Assembly: GCF_001949145.1 (NCBI RefSeq)
Contig: NW_019091355.1
Location: forward strand, 305,720 to 369,719
DNA from: Acanthaster planci
Lineage: Eukaryota
Length of the DNA stretch: 64,000 nucleotides
Direction: 5' to 3'
The notes below the pieces were generated by a model that saw nothing but the letters and a program-made list of their open reading frames with translations, ran no database searches and was not told the DNA's origin. This document shows positions 13,769 through 27,970 of the stretch, piece after piece. The number at the start of each line of letters is the position of its first letter. The first letter of the stretch is position 1. The position numbers were made by a program, and so were the translations under genes.

Positions 13769-15612
13769 AAAAAGAGCCCAGATTGTGCGGTGTTATATAA
13801 CTTTCTTTTGTTCACAAACTTGGCACAGTGGGCTGCTGTCCTCTTTTCAATAGGGGCCAGATTAGCTTGCAGTGGTGCCGTGTGGCTCATGGCTGCGGTG
13901 GTGGAGCGCTTTTGTCCCATTGCTGTCCTGTTTTTGGTCTTTCGTGCTGTTTGCTACTCTTGAGTATACTCACACTACATACCAGTTGATAGAGTTTCTT
14001 CTGATGATAATTTTAATCACTTTCTTCATGGCCTATCTAATGGGAATGAGCTGTCATTTGAATGCTCTTATTGTTTGTTTGTTTCTTATTTGTGTGTCCT
14101 CAGTCCCCCAGTACATGTACATGTTTGTTTACCTGGAAGTTCAGGTGTCTGTTTATTTTATGTTGTATTTGATGTTTGTTTATGTGTTTGTCTGCGGTTA
14201 ATTGTTTGTCTTTGTTTCAATAGTCACTTCACCTGTGCTCCCCTGGGTTTTGATTCCCCTCCACTCCCACAACAACTTTTTTTTGGATCACTGTCATTCT
14301 CCCTTATAGTTTTTGTTTTGTCTTGTTTTTCCTGGTAATTGATTTATTTATGTGTGCTCTTTGTTTATTATACATGCACATACATATCCAGTTTTTATTA
14401 TCTAGTGTTTTTGTTTAGCAAATATATGTCACAATTTAAATTACAGTGTTTTATTTTATTTGAGTTTATTTATGTCCATTCCTGTAATTGGTAGTATTTC
14501 TGCTGTTGGATGTGGCTAATAAATAAATCCGCTTGCTCTAAATGCCCCAAACCATGGTACACTGTTTCAAAACAAGGCAGGATTATCTCCACTGTTGAGA
14601 GTAAAAAAAGTCGGTAATGCCCAGCAGCCTGGTCTTTTGTTCCGAGTATGGTCTTTTGTTACAACGCCCAATTCCCTTTGTCCCATTTCGGGTTTCCTGG
14701 CTCCATGTATAAAGCCTACGTGCTCGAAAACGGGTCCTTGGCAGCAATTGGTTAACAACATATTTAAAGTAAGACCTTTTCTGATTTCCTTTGCTACAGT
14801 CAGCAATAATCCATTTGTTTGTGGTAACTTAGCTGACAGCGAACTCCATTTCCAATAGACACATGTGTTGCTGTCAGCTAAGGTCAGATGTCAGCTATGG
14901 TCACAGCCAATTTTAATCAAGACTGCTTATCACCTGCAGCAGCCCTCACAGGTGACTGGGTAGGGCAAATTAATTCCAGCATGTGAAAAAAAATACATTG
15001 ATCACAGCTGTTGATGTGCAAAGCATTTTAGGGTATTTGTACACTCAGTGTACACGTGTCATGTGTACATGGAAGTTTTTCCTAATGAGTGCGCTACAAA
15101 ACTTACAGCATGCATTTACCCTTCCCGATGCCTTGTAAGGGTGGTGAGGGATGAGCAAATTAAGACTTGTTGAAACCTAGTTGTATAGGGCTAACGTCAA
15201 ATATGTGTTAGTGGATGGTGTTGAATAAGTTAAATCATAAGTTGAGTCCAGCCTAGAAGATTGACTATGTAAAATGACAGACTGCATGTTGAATGAATTT
15301 GAGTATTAATTAATCCTGCGTATTTACGATAAGGTTGAAGCAGTGTAAGTTGTAGAATTTTATTTTAGAACAGGGTAAACCAAAGCAATTTAAACTGATT
15401 TCTGTGAATTTAAAAGAATTTTAAAGCTTTTTAACTTTACACTGTACAATTTTTAAATCAAGTGTGTGAAGAAAGGAAAAATGGCACCTGCCAATTGGAA
15501 TAATTTAGATTCCAAAAATTGTCTACTGACGTTGCAATGTGCTTCCTGGAAACTAAAGGGAAAACAGTTTTAACCAAGTCAGAGAAAAGGAAATCAGGTT
15601 TACACTTACTTA

Positions 15613-15731
15613 GGCTGTGTCCGAAATGGGCTTCCAGAGCTACGGCTAGGTCTATTGTCTGCGTGTCTCCACGCAATTCCAATGGAGCGAAGACCTAGAC
15701 CTAGCTCTAGACAAGATATGCGGATGCAGCC
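15613..15731. mobile_element. 119-bp PIF/Harbinger-type MITE with TTA target-site duplication
   Basis: TTA|ggctgtgtccg...cggatgcagcc|TTA, with inner inverted agagctacggctaggtct / agacctagacctagctct. Confidence 0.7.
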
Positions 15732-18700
15732 TTAGCATTGTTGTTGAAGGCCAGCATGATTGTGTGTAGCGCCCTCTTGTTGTGGTAGAAGGCCAGTTTA
15801 ACCATATTCATTATACATTGTCTCCTTTTAAATTGATTATACATGTACAACTGCAGTTTCCATCATTCTTATATTTGGCCACCCTCAATGATTGATTATC
15901 TTGCAATTAGCTGACAGAATTTTTTTTGTTATGCTGAGTTTTAGTTTGAATCATTTTTCTGGAACCAGCAAGGGGAGGTGTATATTTAGAGGCAAATAAG
16001 GAAAAGTACATTCTTTGTCCATAATTTTAAATATTTGTACATTGTTCTTGCTAACTTGATTGGTAAGTTTCCCACTATTTTGAAGAACTGAAACTCAAAC
16101 ACCAGGGTATGTAGGAAATTTTCTAAAAGTATTAATTTCACTTGGCGTGTAGTCTTAAGGACCTTGGAATAATGCTGGTAGGGTTACAGATGTAATATGT
16201 AGAGCTTTATTAGTTGAAGAACAAACAAAAGAAACCACATGTATGTATTAAAACACACTGATCTGTATCTACATGTACTTCAGTTAAAAAGTTGAATATG
16301 TACATCTAGTTTGCCTTATTTGCATTTAAATGGAAGCCTTTGTGCTTCTGATATCAGTTTTGGATAAGAACCTTCGTGAAATTGTTTTTGTGCCAGTAAA
16401 AACCTTTTTCATTTGACTGAAGGGACAATGTGTCTTGCCTTAGTGCATCACTAAAAGTTTAGTACACTATTAAATGCTAAAATATTTTATCCTGAAGTCC
16501 CAAGATTTATTTTTACTTAAAATTTACAAAGGCTTTTTTATTGTAAACAGGTGCGATGATGCAACAGTATTAAAGGTGCATATGGTATTGTTATCTTACA
16601 TACACACGAGTCAGTGTGGTAATTTCATCAACCAGTATGGTATGGTGAGATTTGATGGAAAGAAATGTTGGGGGGTGCACAACATTTCCCCAAAGCGGTG
16701 TTTCCTGGGCCCAATTTCAGTGCTGTTCAATGGCCAGATTTGCAGAGTGAAATTGGTCCCCATTTAAGGCTGGATGGGAAGGGGGGGAGGAAAAGTTCAG
16801 CGCTTGCTTGATCACACTGATCAGACACATGGTATGTGTCACATTTTATACGCAACATGTAGATTCAGCTTGCCAGAGATACATCTTGCAGTACTCATTT
16901 TATTCAATGAACTGCAGGGGGGGAAAGGTTGCAATGGGTGAAATCATAAATAAGAAAAAACAACACTACATATTACTGCCGACAAATGTATGTGTAGATA
17001 TGAGACTAACTATCCCTCAGCGTAAATTCACAAACACAACAAACATTTTCCATTCCACAGTTTAACCTTGGCAGTTCTTTATTTCTTGTTTTGCTTCATT
17101 TCAAATATATTAAATCACTTTATTTTTCATTCACATGATCACTTTGCCAACAGTTAACATGATTGCACTATATCATACACTAAAAGTAAGAGTTGGTTTA
17201 TTTCTTGTGGCTATGAGAAGATTTAACGTAAATTCCTCCGAACAGAAAGGGTGAAATAAAGTTTTGAAATAGGTGCGCTTTCTGTGGTCATAAAATACTT
17301 TGATTGTCATTAACATTTCCCTGTGTAAATAGATGAAAACACAGAGACAACAGTACACAGTTTACATCCCTACTTGAGCATGGAGTTACAAGATGACAAC
17401 TGTACAACAGAAACATACCATAACATCTTGACCCTACGGAATGGTACAATAAACGAGTACATGTACCAAAGTAAACAGAACTTTTGCTGGCACACATTAC
17501 ACTATTCCCATACAACTCCAGCAGTGTCATGGCAGCTTGAAAACTATGCAATGTAATATATACATGTATATCAAGTGCAGAAAATGAAGACACATTTACA
17601 AGTAAATACATTAAATACTGTACATTATATTTTTGAAATTCAAACTCTTTTCTTAGGAATCAACATTAAATGTTCAACTTATTACTTAATAGCATACTCT
17701 GTTCCTTTTTTCTATTTTTATGCAAGGTTTAAGTACTCAGTAAGGCACTGCATGTAATGTTTACGAAACTGACAATAATGCAGAGATTCTGTGGGTCGGA
17801 TGATAGGATGTTGTTACATAATTCAGCCAAGTATAGCTTAATTGATATACATGTACATGTAAGATACTAAATAAAAATCACTGCAACTGACAAATATTGC
17901 ACCTGTAAATGGTCAGAAATAAATTTTGTAGCGATTACTTCAAATGTGACAATGTTCACTGATTGTTTAGTAAGAGAGGTGGTGGGTCGAGAAATTGTTG
18001 AAGCAACATGTATACCCTCTTTACTTTCTGGTACGTGAAGGTAATAAATATATCTTTCTATTTCTCTAAACTCTGATGTATGATTTTGTTTTGCTTTCAA
18101 AATGTTCTAGCATAAATTCATAATGCTAGTATTTTTGGCATATTTGAAAAATGGACAAGATTTGCAGATTAAAAATTGAAAAACAAGAGGAATGGTGCTT
18201 TTTCACGATTTTTATGGATATGATACATGTAGGTTTCTTCTTCACATGACAAAAAATATACTACAAATAACTTCACTGTGCAGTTTGATAATTGCCCAAC
18301 TTAGAACTTGGAATCAATATACATTGTACTGGTACAAATAAACACGCACACATGTGCATCGAGTGTCAACCACATGGCAGACTGATATTGGTACTTATTG
18401 ACTAAATTTGAATCCTGCAATTTGCTTTTACTTATTTGAAAAAAATGGTCAAGTACGGTGTGTATCTGTATTAGTCTGGAACAAAGAAACATCTTCTGCA
18501 GCCAGCAACACTAACAAAGCATTTCGTCACTTAAACTCACTCCCTAATGGCCAAAAATGGAGACCTTCAAATTTTGTGATTAACATATCAGTACTCCAGG
18601 TTTGATGAGAGAACAATTTTGGCGAGATGTAAATTTAATGTTCCATGTGCACAGAGATAACATGCTTTCTTCTTTTTTTGGACACAAGCTGCTGCCAACA

Positions 18701-18906
18701 TGTACTGCTCATAAAAAACCCAACCTGCTACAGGTATGCTTCAGAACCACTGCAACTTCATGTCTACCTTAAAGTTACAACACATGGCATTCTTGGTGTA
18801 CATGTATGTGATTACATTTTGTATATATACACATGCTTCTTGTATAATCTTCTACTTGAAGTAAGACCAGATACATGTACATGTACATGTAGATATCCAA
18901 TATTTC

Positions 18907-21900
18907 TCAGTTGATGATTTCAATGTGAGAGGGTGGTGGTTCTGGAAGGGTCTTAGCCTGCTTAGCTTTGAGTCTCTCCTCTGGGGGACAATTCTGTACG
19001 TAGATGACGCGGTTGTACGCTTTCAGCCGTCGCCAGAGCTGCAAGTAGACTTTACACTGGACATACATGAACACCAGTCCCCCTGTGAAACCGATCGCCA
19101 CGACAACAATCTTGGTCCAAAACGGCCATTCTTTGATGCCACTGTTTGGACCGCCAGTATGAAGCTCTGTACTGGTACGATCAATAAGGACGTATAGAGC
19201 CCAGATGACGCACGTGATTGCAATGATATGGAATGATACCGAACAGATGATCTTACGTCGCTCACTAGTAGTCATGTCTAACTTCTCCCACTGTGGGTCA
19301 AAATTGAAATCAAAATAGGATAAGGCATGACAAAAAGAAGGATAAAATTGATGGTTACACAAAACTTCATTAGTTTGCTTGGATGGACTCAAAACAATTT
19401 CCTGCCGTTGGATGAAATTTGTTTAGGGGTGACATTATTTTTCGAACTGCAAAGTTATCGATCTGTCTGTCTGTCTGTCTTTAATTCATTCATCCTGTTT
19501 ACATGTATTAACTTACGTTCTAAGTGATGCACAATGTAAAAAGTGTCAGAGTAGGCAGGGCCTAACATACCAACTTTGTATGCACCAAATTTCAAAAAGT
19601 TTCTGAGAAAAAACTGCTCCAATCACATGTTGGCCATCGATCACAATCGTTAGAAACAAGCAACATATACAGGATGTGAAATTTGAGTAATGACTACATG
19701 TACTTATACATCCAATAAATTACCTTTCCAACAGGTTTAAGTTTTGTCTGCATTATAAATGGAAATCGGCACAGCTCACACGCCTTGGTGTTGGAGCTTT
19801 TGATCCACTGTTGTATGCATGCTTGGTGGACATGCTGTAGACTTCCTAAACAGAGGCAAGGAGTGATCAATGGTGATTCCTCATCGCCTTCACAGTGACA
19901 TATCCGACAGATGTCACTGCGGGATGATGTCACTGACACTGAGGACTGTGTTGAGCTGTTGCGTGTCAACACGCCAACTTTTGTTTCCGTTTTGATTTTG
20001 TCCTCGCCCTGGTCACTGCTATCCATGTCCTTCTTCTCTGAGGATGCTGTGAACAAGGAAACTGTTTGGTTGACTGGTGAGGATCTGGTCTGTTGTAAAT
20101 CATCCTTGTCAGACTCTTGCTCTAATGTGGCAGTGTCTTTTGTATCAGCAGCAAAGGCAGAGTTTGTCTTAGCAAGGGATTCTTGCTTCTCACGTTTAAC
20201 CTAAAATTAAATTTTAGGAAACGGTAAAAAAAATGTATTAATCAGGGCTTCAACTTGGCGCATTAGCACAGTAAATGTGTGCAAACCCTTTAAAAGATTA
20301 TACATAGAGCTTTCAATGGTATAATTTAACATGTACTGCTTACTTCAAGAGCACAGCCGGTTGCCTCATTCCCATCTACCAGTACATCTAACTCGACGTA
20401 TATGTACTAGTGTGTGCGTTTACAGATTCTGTTGTCCATGTTTGTTACATACACGTACCAGCACCAGAAAACTCCATTATGTTAACATGTATTGTACATC
20501 TGCAGAATTTTTCCATGTAGATTCATTTTCATCCAGCATTTCCACGGGAAAGAGCAAAGTTCACCTTGTATTTAACTGATATTACACAACCACCAAAGGC
20601 ATCAAAACAGGTTCCTTAATATACTGGTTAAAATAGGAGCCAGTGTCGGGAAAGTATTGATTGAGGATGAACTAAAAGAGCATTAGAGATGAAAGTGAGT
20701 CTGGTTGACGTTAACTCTGCAAATTCCTTGCAGTTATCAGCGTGGTCAGTGTGAATGACAATATCTGTAGAGAAACACTGCTACGTGTACATACATATGT
20801 ACATTGTATACTTTAGTATCAACACAAAACCCGACGAATAGTAACAAAAAAAACCAAAAAAACAATTAATTAATTTCCATATACTGTAATTAAACCTTCC
20901 AACCGAATTTAAATAAATATAATTAAGAGAAAGCCAATGGTTAAACTGATAGAGTAAAACCCTCAACAGTTTAACCACCAATCCATGTTTATCAGTTCAC
21001 CTCCAGCTGAAAAATTGTTTGCTTTTACAGTGGACAAACTCTCTCATAAAATATTACCCCTATGATGAGCTTGGTACATGTCAAAATGCTACAACTGCAA
21101 TCATCTTACATTCAATTAATCAATGATAAAGCAACTGACAGGTGTCTCCATAAGAGTGAAACACTGGCCAATCAAAAAAGGCCAGCACCGCAGAAAGCCA
21201 ACGACAATAATTGGAGACAGTTTGGTAAAAGCATAGTGGGATATGCACTGTTGCTCCTTGTGCTTAGGTTCAATGATAATGTCTGTGCAAAGCTCATTGC
21301 TAGTAGTTGGGTAAGAGTTACATTGTCAATTACATGTAGACCCACCTTTAACATTTTAGAATTGTCTGTTGGAAAAGCCTCCCCTTTTAAACTTTTGACA
21401 TGTTTGAAGAAAAAAATGGAGCAGGTCTGATTTTTTGGAACTCTGGAAATCCCGCCTGGTACACCCGTATGTATGCTTTATTACAAAAATTGATGCGACT
21501 CATTCATTTGTTTTTGAATCAAGTTTTAGCACTAGATTTCTTTAATAAACCATTTCAACCACCTAAATAAACGGCTAGCATAGTTAAATGGCACAATTAT
21601 TCAGATACATTGTACTACAGTAATCCATGCACATGGGTATACATAAATCAAAATAATGTTTTTGTTTGTTTTTTAATGTGTTTTTCTAAACTGACAATAG
21701 TTTATAAGCCTAACATTGTGGAAGTTCCTTTAAATGGCAAAGTGCTTTTGCATAGTTACAAATGTACAGGTCCATGTAGAATTCTGCCATTTTCAGTGCT
21801 TTTGAATACAGTATCGCTTTGATTTTTTCTCAATGGGAAAACGTGGGAGGGGATGATTTAATAGCCCATCCCTCCCCTCCATCAAAAAGTGTTGTGGGAA

Positions 21901-22885
21901 CAAGAGTTTGTTCCAACAACTTGGTTTGGACTTTCCTACCAGAAGCAAAAGAAATTCTTTCCCTAACATAGAGAAGGCCTTTCAACATATTTTAACCCGT
22001 ACATGTACGGTATCAATACTTGTGTGTACGGTACCTGTATTTGTTAGCAGTAGGGAACTAACTAAACACAGAGTGTACGTATTTCACATCCATCCACAGT
22101 GTGTGTGATCACTGTGTTGATTCATATGGCAGCATTTTAATTACCGCTGCGTCTCACTGGTTCCCATGGCAACTGTGTAATTTTTATCCCCTATATCAGC
22201 AGACCAATCTTCTTCCATCACAGCAGGCTTGGTAAAAAAGGTTGGTTGTTTCCAGCATGGTTTATATACATGTGCATCATGACTATGAGAATATGAAATG
22301 AAGAAAGTTGGGGTTGGGAGTGCACAGAGGGATGGTAATATAGGCAAGGAACCACAACCATTTCTCTTCAGATATGTTTGCAGAACTTTGTTCATCATTA
22401 GTTTGGTATTTTGCTGATTTGTTATTTTTGCCAACAACTATCACCTTTCATTTACTAACACATGACTTCAGAAATGATTTTCATTTCATGCTGAAACACA
22501 CCCCTGGCCACACTCCAAAATGCAAGAGCTTTGTTTCCCATCCCAAATATACATGTAGCAGTTCAACTCGACAGGAAACAGAGAAAAGCTGTTTCAATAG
22601 TTCCTGGCTTTTGTGAAAGATTTCCCATTGCATCAAAAATGAAAACGTTAGCAATTGGCCCAGTTAGCAATGTTTCCATGAAGAGAACTGCCCTCCTATG
22701 CTGTTAAAATATGCTTTTGTGAAATATTCCTGTCTTGTCCTACATGCAACATTAGACTATTGAATATGTTCACATACCTTAACATTTTCTGTCTCACTTC
22801 CATGGTTACATATGCCCAACTCTTCCATTTCATTGTCTTCTTTCTCAGGTACGATTGGAGTAACGGCGATCTCTTTTAAAGGCAT
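18907..22885 (-). CDS. MARCHF8: Membrane-associated RING-CH E3 ubiquitin ligase, MARCH1/MARCH8 orthologue, about 322 aa
   Basis: Coding exons 22885-22778 ([10 protein letters not shown]..., compare MPLHQIS of MARCH1/8), 20200-19724 ([53 protein letters not shown]) and 19290-18907 (WEKLDMT..ERRKI, two TM helices, [16 protein letters not shown]). All introns are phase 0 GT-AG. A 5'UTR acceptor lies at 23033-23034 and candidate donors at about 27053 and 27081. Confidence 0.92.
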
Positions 22886-25800
22886 CCTGAATAATTAGAC
22901 GACGCCCCCGCACACATACACATGCACAGTGTGTACGGCTTTTTGGAGAAGTTACCCAAGGAAATCTAGATGTGCATTTTCCTGACGTCAAGAGGAAGTT
23001 TTAATCCAGAGGTCTGATCTAAGGAAAAAATCCTGCATAAAAAATAAAACAATGACCTCATTAAAGAAGAAACAAATTTTGTTCATAGGGCCAAATGCAT
23101 CATTTTAAAACTTCAAATAAACATCCTAATCCATCATTATCCACTTTTTAAAATACTGCTTTTCAAAGGGCAATTCCATGGCAACGCATCCATTACCTAC
23201 ACATATGTACATATTTTCAGGTTACTTGCAGGAGGAATCACTAAATTTTTCACATGGATTGCTTATTACAATGGTATTAATGTCATTTTTTCCCTTTTTG
23301 TGGTACCAGTACTTGCACACACATACAAGCACAGGTGTATATGCCATTAGGATTACACAATAAAAGACCAAAATGCATTCTCAAGCAGTCCATGGTGGTA
23401 AAACAGCAAATTAATGGCAGGCCTTTGAGTGTAGAAAGCAAACTAAAATCTAATGACTCAAACAGCCCGCAATCCTCATATGATTGGAAGATTGCAAATT
23501 GTCAGGGTTAATTTTTAATGGATACAGGTGGGTCATTCTATACACTTGGGGTCCACATTTGTGACACTGCTGTGTCCCTGTTACACTTTACCTTTGGAAC
23601 TTCATGTGAAAATGCCACTGAAATTTATTTCAAACAATTTTTGTTTTGCAGGTAATTTGCATTGCTAACGTAAGTTAATTGCTTTTAGAAATTGAAGAAT
23701 GTGCTCTGAAAAGTGATACATGTACATCAGATGTGACACAGGGATATGAAAAAACTGGACCTAAAATTTATAGAATGAGCAAGGTACACATGTACATGTA
23801 AAATGATGTCCCAGTTGGTGTTATTTAAGTGGTTGCTACATGTACGTGCAGTAACAATCCTCTTTTTCTAAGTAATTAGATTGACTGAAATCAGAGCAAG
23901 TATAGAAATGTATTGTAACCATAGTAACTGCACAATTCCATATACTTTGCCGAGGATGTCCCTACATGTACACGTAATGTATGTGTATGTATCTGAAAAT
24001 GAATTATCATGCAAACATAAAATTTACTTGTAATAAGTAAACCATGACATACTGTTTAAAGAAATATCTGATCATGGATCTGCTGATATTTATTTTGGCT
24101 ACTTTTTTATTAACCAATCTTGGCCAATTTTTAAAATTTTATTTACCCCAAACCTCAAGAGTACTACAGAAGCAGTGTCGCAAAAAACTTAATTGATCAT
24201 TTACAGTATCATTACACAGTCAGCAATCTGTTCCTCCTCCCTATGGAAGCCTTGGTTTCCTTGTTTACCACCCCACTGACACAGAACAATTGCTCATTTC
24301 ATAGCATAAATCCCCTTAAAAGGGTAACTGCAACAAGCAGGTCTTGTGTCACTGCTGCAGAATCCTAATGTCAGCACAAAGGCCTTGAAGGCTAAAAACT
24401 GTGGAACATCGCACTGCTGTTGCCATTGACTAATATCGCTGCCGCAAACTTCTATCGTTTTCAAGACTCAAATTTATTATTATTTCAAAGCAAGTTCAAA
24501 GTCCTTTTCCATACAATAATATGTGTATGCATACGCTTAATGAAACTACATGAAAACAAAAACAACAGGTGTATTTTATAAGTGTTTTTACCATACCAGT
24601 ACATCACTGAGAATGCTGGCTTACATGTAGGAGCATAATTCATGGCCACTTTGCATATTCCAAGGAAAAAGGTGCCTGGACAAATTTATGTGTGTGATGT
24701 TAAAGTGGACAGATAAATTTATTAAATGAAGCATGTAATGCTGAATAAGGTGAATTCACGCTGAAACGAAATAAAAATCACCAGCTTTTTGTATTCAAAT
24801 CACCGGTGTATGCTTATGCACATGAAAGTACATGTATGTATCTTTGGTTCCCACAATTTGCAATTTGAAAATGAAGATCTTTATTCCTTCCTATCCCACA
24901 AGTGAATTCCTCTTCACTGTTCCAACTTATCCGTTTTCCTGACCCATGCTCCCTTCTAACCCTCCAACTGGCTCAACTACACTCAAACAACACCCAAGAG
25001 ACCTAGTCCAATTAGGACAAATTGAGGTAAATGTTCCAAGGTCTAGCACAAACAATATAGTAGGACACAAGACCAGATTCACAGACAGATTTGTTTACAC
25101 AGCATTATTACTGCACCAGTACAAATATTATTAATGCATGCCGGTCAATCCAAAGGGTTAGAATAATATTTGGCACAAGGACTTTACGGACTCAATTATT
25201 TGGCAGCTGTTTCAAAATGAGGAGTAAGTCATTCTTATTTTGTTAAGCCTGTAGTGGTCACTTCATTTAATAAATGAACATTTTGTTGGCTGTAAATACT
25301 GATGATGATTGCTACAATAAATAAACCTCCTTGCTATACATGTACATACATCATTAGGCTGTGATCAAACAAACATCATGCTTCTTTTTGCCTCATACAT
25401 GTATACAGGCACTGTACATTGTATGCCTGTAGGCATCGATTGAGGTAAATATCTTGGTCAACATTTGTAAAAATCTACTTCAGGAAATGTACATATTTTC
25501 CATGTGTAGTCTTGTAAATGTAATGTACATGGCTGTCAGCTTTGTGTTTGGACACAATCTTTTTGGGCACACTGTGGCAGTACACAATGTATGTACATGT
25601 GGGTAGGGACTCAAAAATATTGTAAACTAACATACTGTACATTTTATCCTAAATTATAATGAACTTTTTGTAGATCTACATGACTGCCTTACTGAAGGGA
25701 AACTGCAATGATTGCCTGGAAAGTAATCATTAAAAAACGATTAAAAAAAAACCCAATCAAATCATACCTGCCGAACGGGGCCAAAAGGAGACATCAGAAT

Positions 25801-26059
25801 ATTAAAATTTCTCATTAAAGTTGCCATTATCTTGTCCAATTTGAAAATTATAGATTATAGACATTTGAAATGTCAAGTCTGATTGATTTTCACAGTAAGT
25901 GATGAAATAAGGGACCTGGTGACTATACGGTCACGCATGTTAGGCCTACATGTAACCCTACTGCAGTTAACGAGTCAATAGCACGGGGCCAGGTTCAGGG
26001 AACAGAAGAAAATTACGTAACACCACACAATCTGGGCTCTCTTTACATGATGTACATGT

Positions 26060-26285
26060 AAGGCCGCAGGCCTGGCTGAAATACTTGGGTGTCAATAGAA
26101 TTTGTCAGTCAGATCAGAGTAGCCACCACTGGCACCAGACAGTCATTCGTGTGGGTGTTAACGTCCGGTAAATGAAGTAATAAATTTTTGAAGAATTTTG
26201 AAAAAACAGAAAATCTTGAATTGAAAATCCCCCAGGAATTCGTCATGCAACTTCAAATTAAACCCACCTGGCAGCAGGTGGTTAA
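26060..26285 (-). repeat. Dispersed repeat of about 200 bp, copy 2 (inverted relative to 13573-13768)
   Basis: aaggccgcaggcctggctgaaatacttgggtgtcaatag...cccacctggcagcaggtggttaa. Confidence 0.7.
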
Positions 26286-27049
26286 ATGAATAATGCATGA
26301 TGGTGGTCAATGTGCAGACAATACTGTTGAAAACTGTGTAAATCTTTTTATTTAGGGCCTAGGCCTCATGAGTCATGTTTGGACTTAGCGGGGGAAAAAC
26401 AAATCGCAGTGGCTGTTGTTACAGCAGCCATAACGCATCTCCCATTTTCTATCGTTACGGCACTGCAACTACACAAGCATTCCAACTTAAGCGCAGAGTT
26501 CGGACTTTCCCTAAAAAAAATCCTCCAAAGCCTCCGATGAGAAAAGAAAATAGATTCCTGCTTAGGCCTATACAATTAATAACCAACATAAAAAACAATT
26601 ATGGTATAAAATTTAGGCGAAAAAAATAAAATAGTCCAGGCGCAGATTCAGGCTTGCACACCAGTGATTCCAAACCTTCCACTTTGACCATTCGGCAACA
26701 CGCGTTAGGTTAAGCCTAATTTTAAAATACACATAACACCGTCATAACGATCAGCTACGTCATCGCACTTGCGCAGTTCAGTGCCGTAATGATAGAAAAT
26801 GAGAAATGCGTTACAAGTGGCGTAACAATACCCACTTCGAAAACAAATACAAATAGGCCCTATACCCTACCATGGCATTTGCCAACAATAAATAACGTTA
26901 GTATAGTAAAGTCATGGAAGTGGCAAAGGTGTCGCAAAAATCACACCAAAAATGCGCCTTACCATCAATCCTCTGCATTCCGATTGTAGAAACCGTAAAG
27001 ATATGCAAGACGCCCAGAAGACGATTAAATTGTCCAAGGAATTCTAACG

Positions 27050-27970
27050 TTACCGTAGCTTCAGAGAACTTGATAAATTACCATATCGGTCATCAGTCTG
27101 TCACTACTTTTCACAGTATTGTTAATGTTCTCGATTAGTTCTCTTAACTGTTTGCGACACTTTTTTAAGTGTACGGCGTGTACTCACACCCAATGCATTA
27201 AAATGGGCACAGGACAAAGAATAAGGACAAAACCATTACAGTAAACAGCCGTACATCTGATAAAGAACGAAACTCTTGGTGGCGCTGTTAACGAAAACAG
27301 GTGATACAATTGATCATGAATTCGCAGTCCAGGGGCGGCAGGCAACATAACACTTTTTTAACAGGACATAGAAATTCCAGCCAAACCTTGCCAAAACTCG
27401 AAGAAAATCTTTTGGTTGTGGAGTCAGTGTACTCCCAGTTTAATAAGTTATATGTATATAGTTACATGTTATGTGTATTTCCTACCAAATAAGAAAGAAG
27501 AATTATTTTATTTGAAGTAAATGTCTTCGGAGCGAAATTGTGTAAGGTTTGAACAACAGATCCAAATTAAGAAAAGCAAAAAAAAAAAACCTTTGCGGAT
27601 GTTTCTTTCTATAGACTTTTTCATGTTCTATACTACACTACTAACCGTTTTTTCTTCGGCTAGAGCACCAAAATACAACTTGATGAACTTATTTCCTGCA
27701 AGTTCTGCAAAAATGAAAGTCCTGCAAGTACAAAGTACAAGCTTTCTAGTCACTAACAATCAATGTAAACTACATAGCGCCCTCTATACGCGAAGGTTTT
27801 AATAAGTCGGGTGGCGCAGAAAACCCTTGTTTCTCATGAAATACCTTACGTAAGAGGAGGGAATCAGACAATTTAGGGTCGGACTGCATGGATTGAGGCG
27901 AGAGACGTGAGCGAGGGGAAACACGAAAAAAGTGCAGCACTTTTTCCACAGAAGTGAACAAATATTGGTA
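27050..27970. promoter_or_regulatory. Putative bidirectional promoter between MARCH1/8 (-) and the PUFA-type ELOVL (+)
   Basis: CpG-retaining region bounded by minus-strand donor sites (about 27053/27081) and a plus-strand donor TG|GTAGGC at 27968. Matching acceptors lie upstream of each ATG exon (23033; 29908-29909). Confidence 0.45.

Noticed and set aside
26634..26704. tRNA-like sequence on the minus strand (gttgccgaatggtc...gcctgaatct)
   Set aside because: A box and B box are degenerate and no full cloverleaf forms. At most a decayed SINE head.
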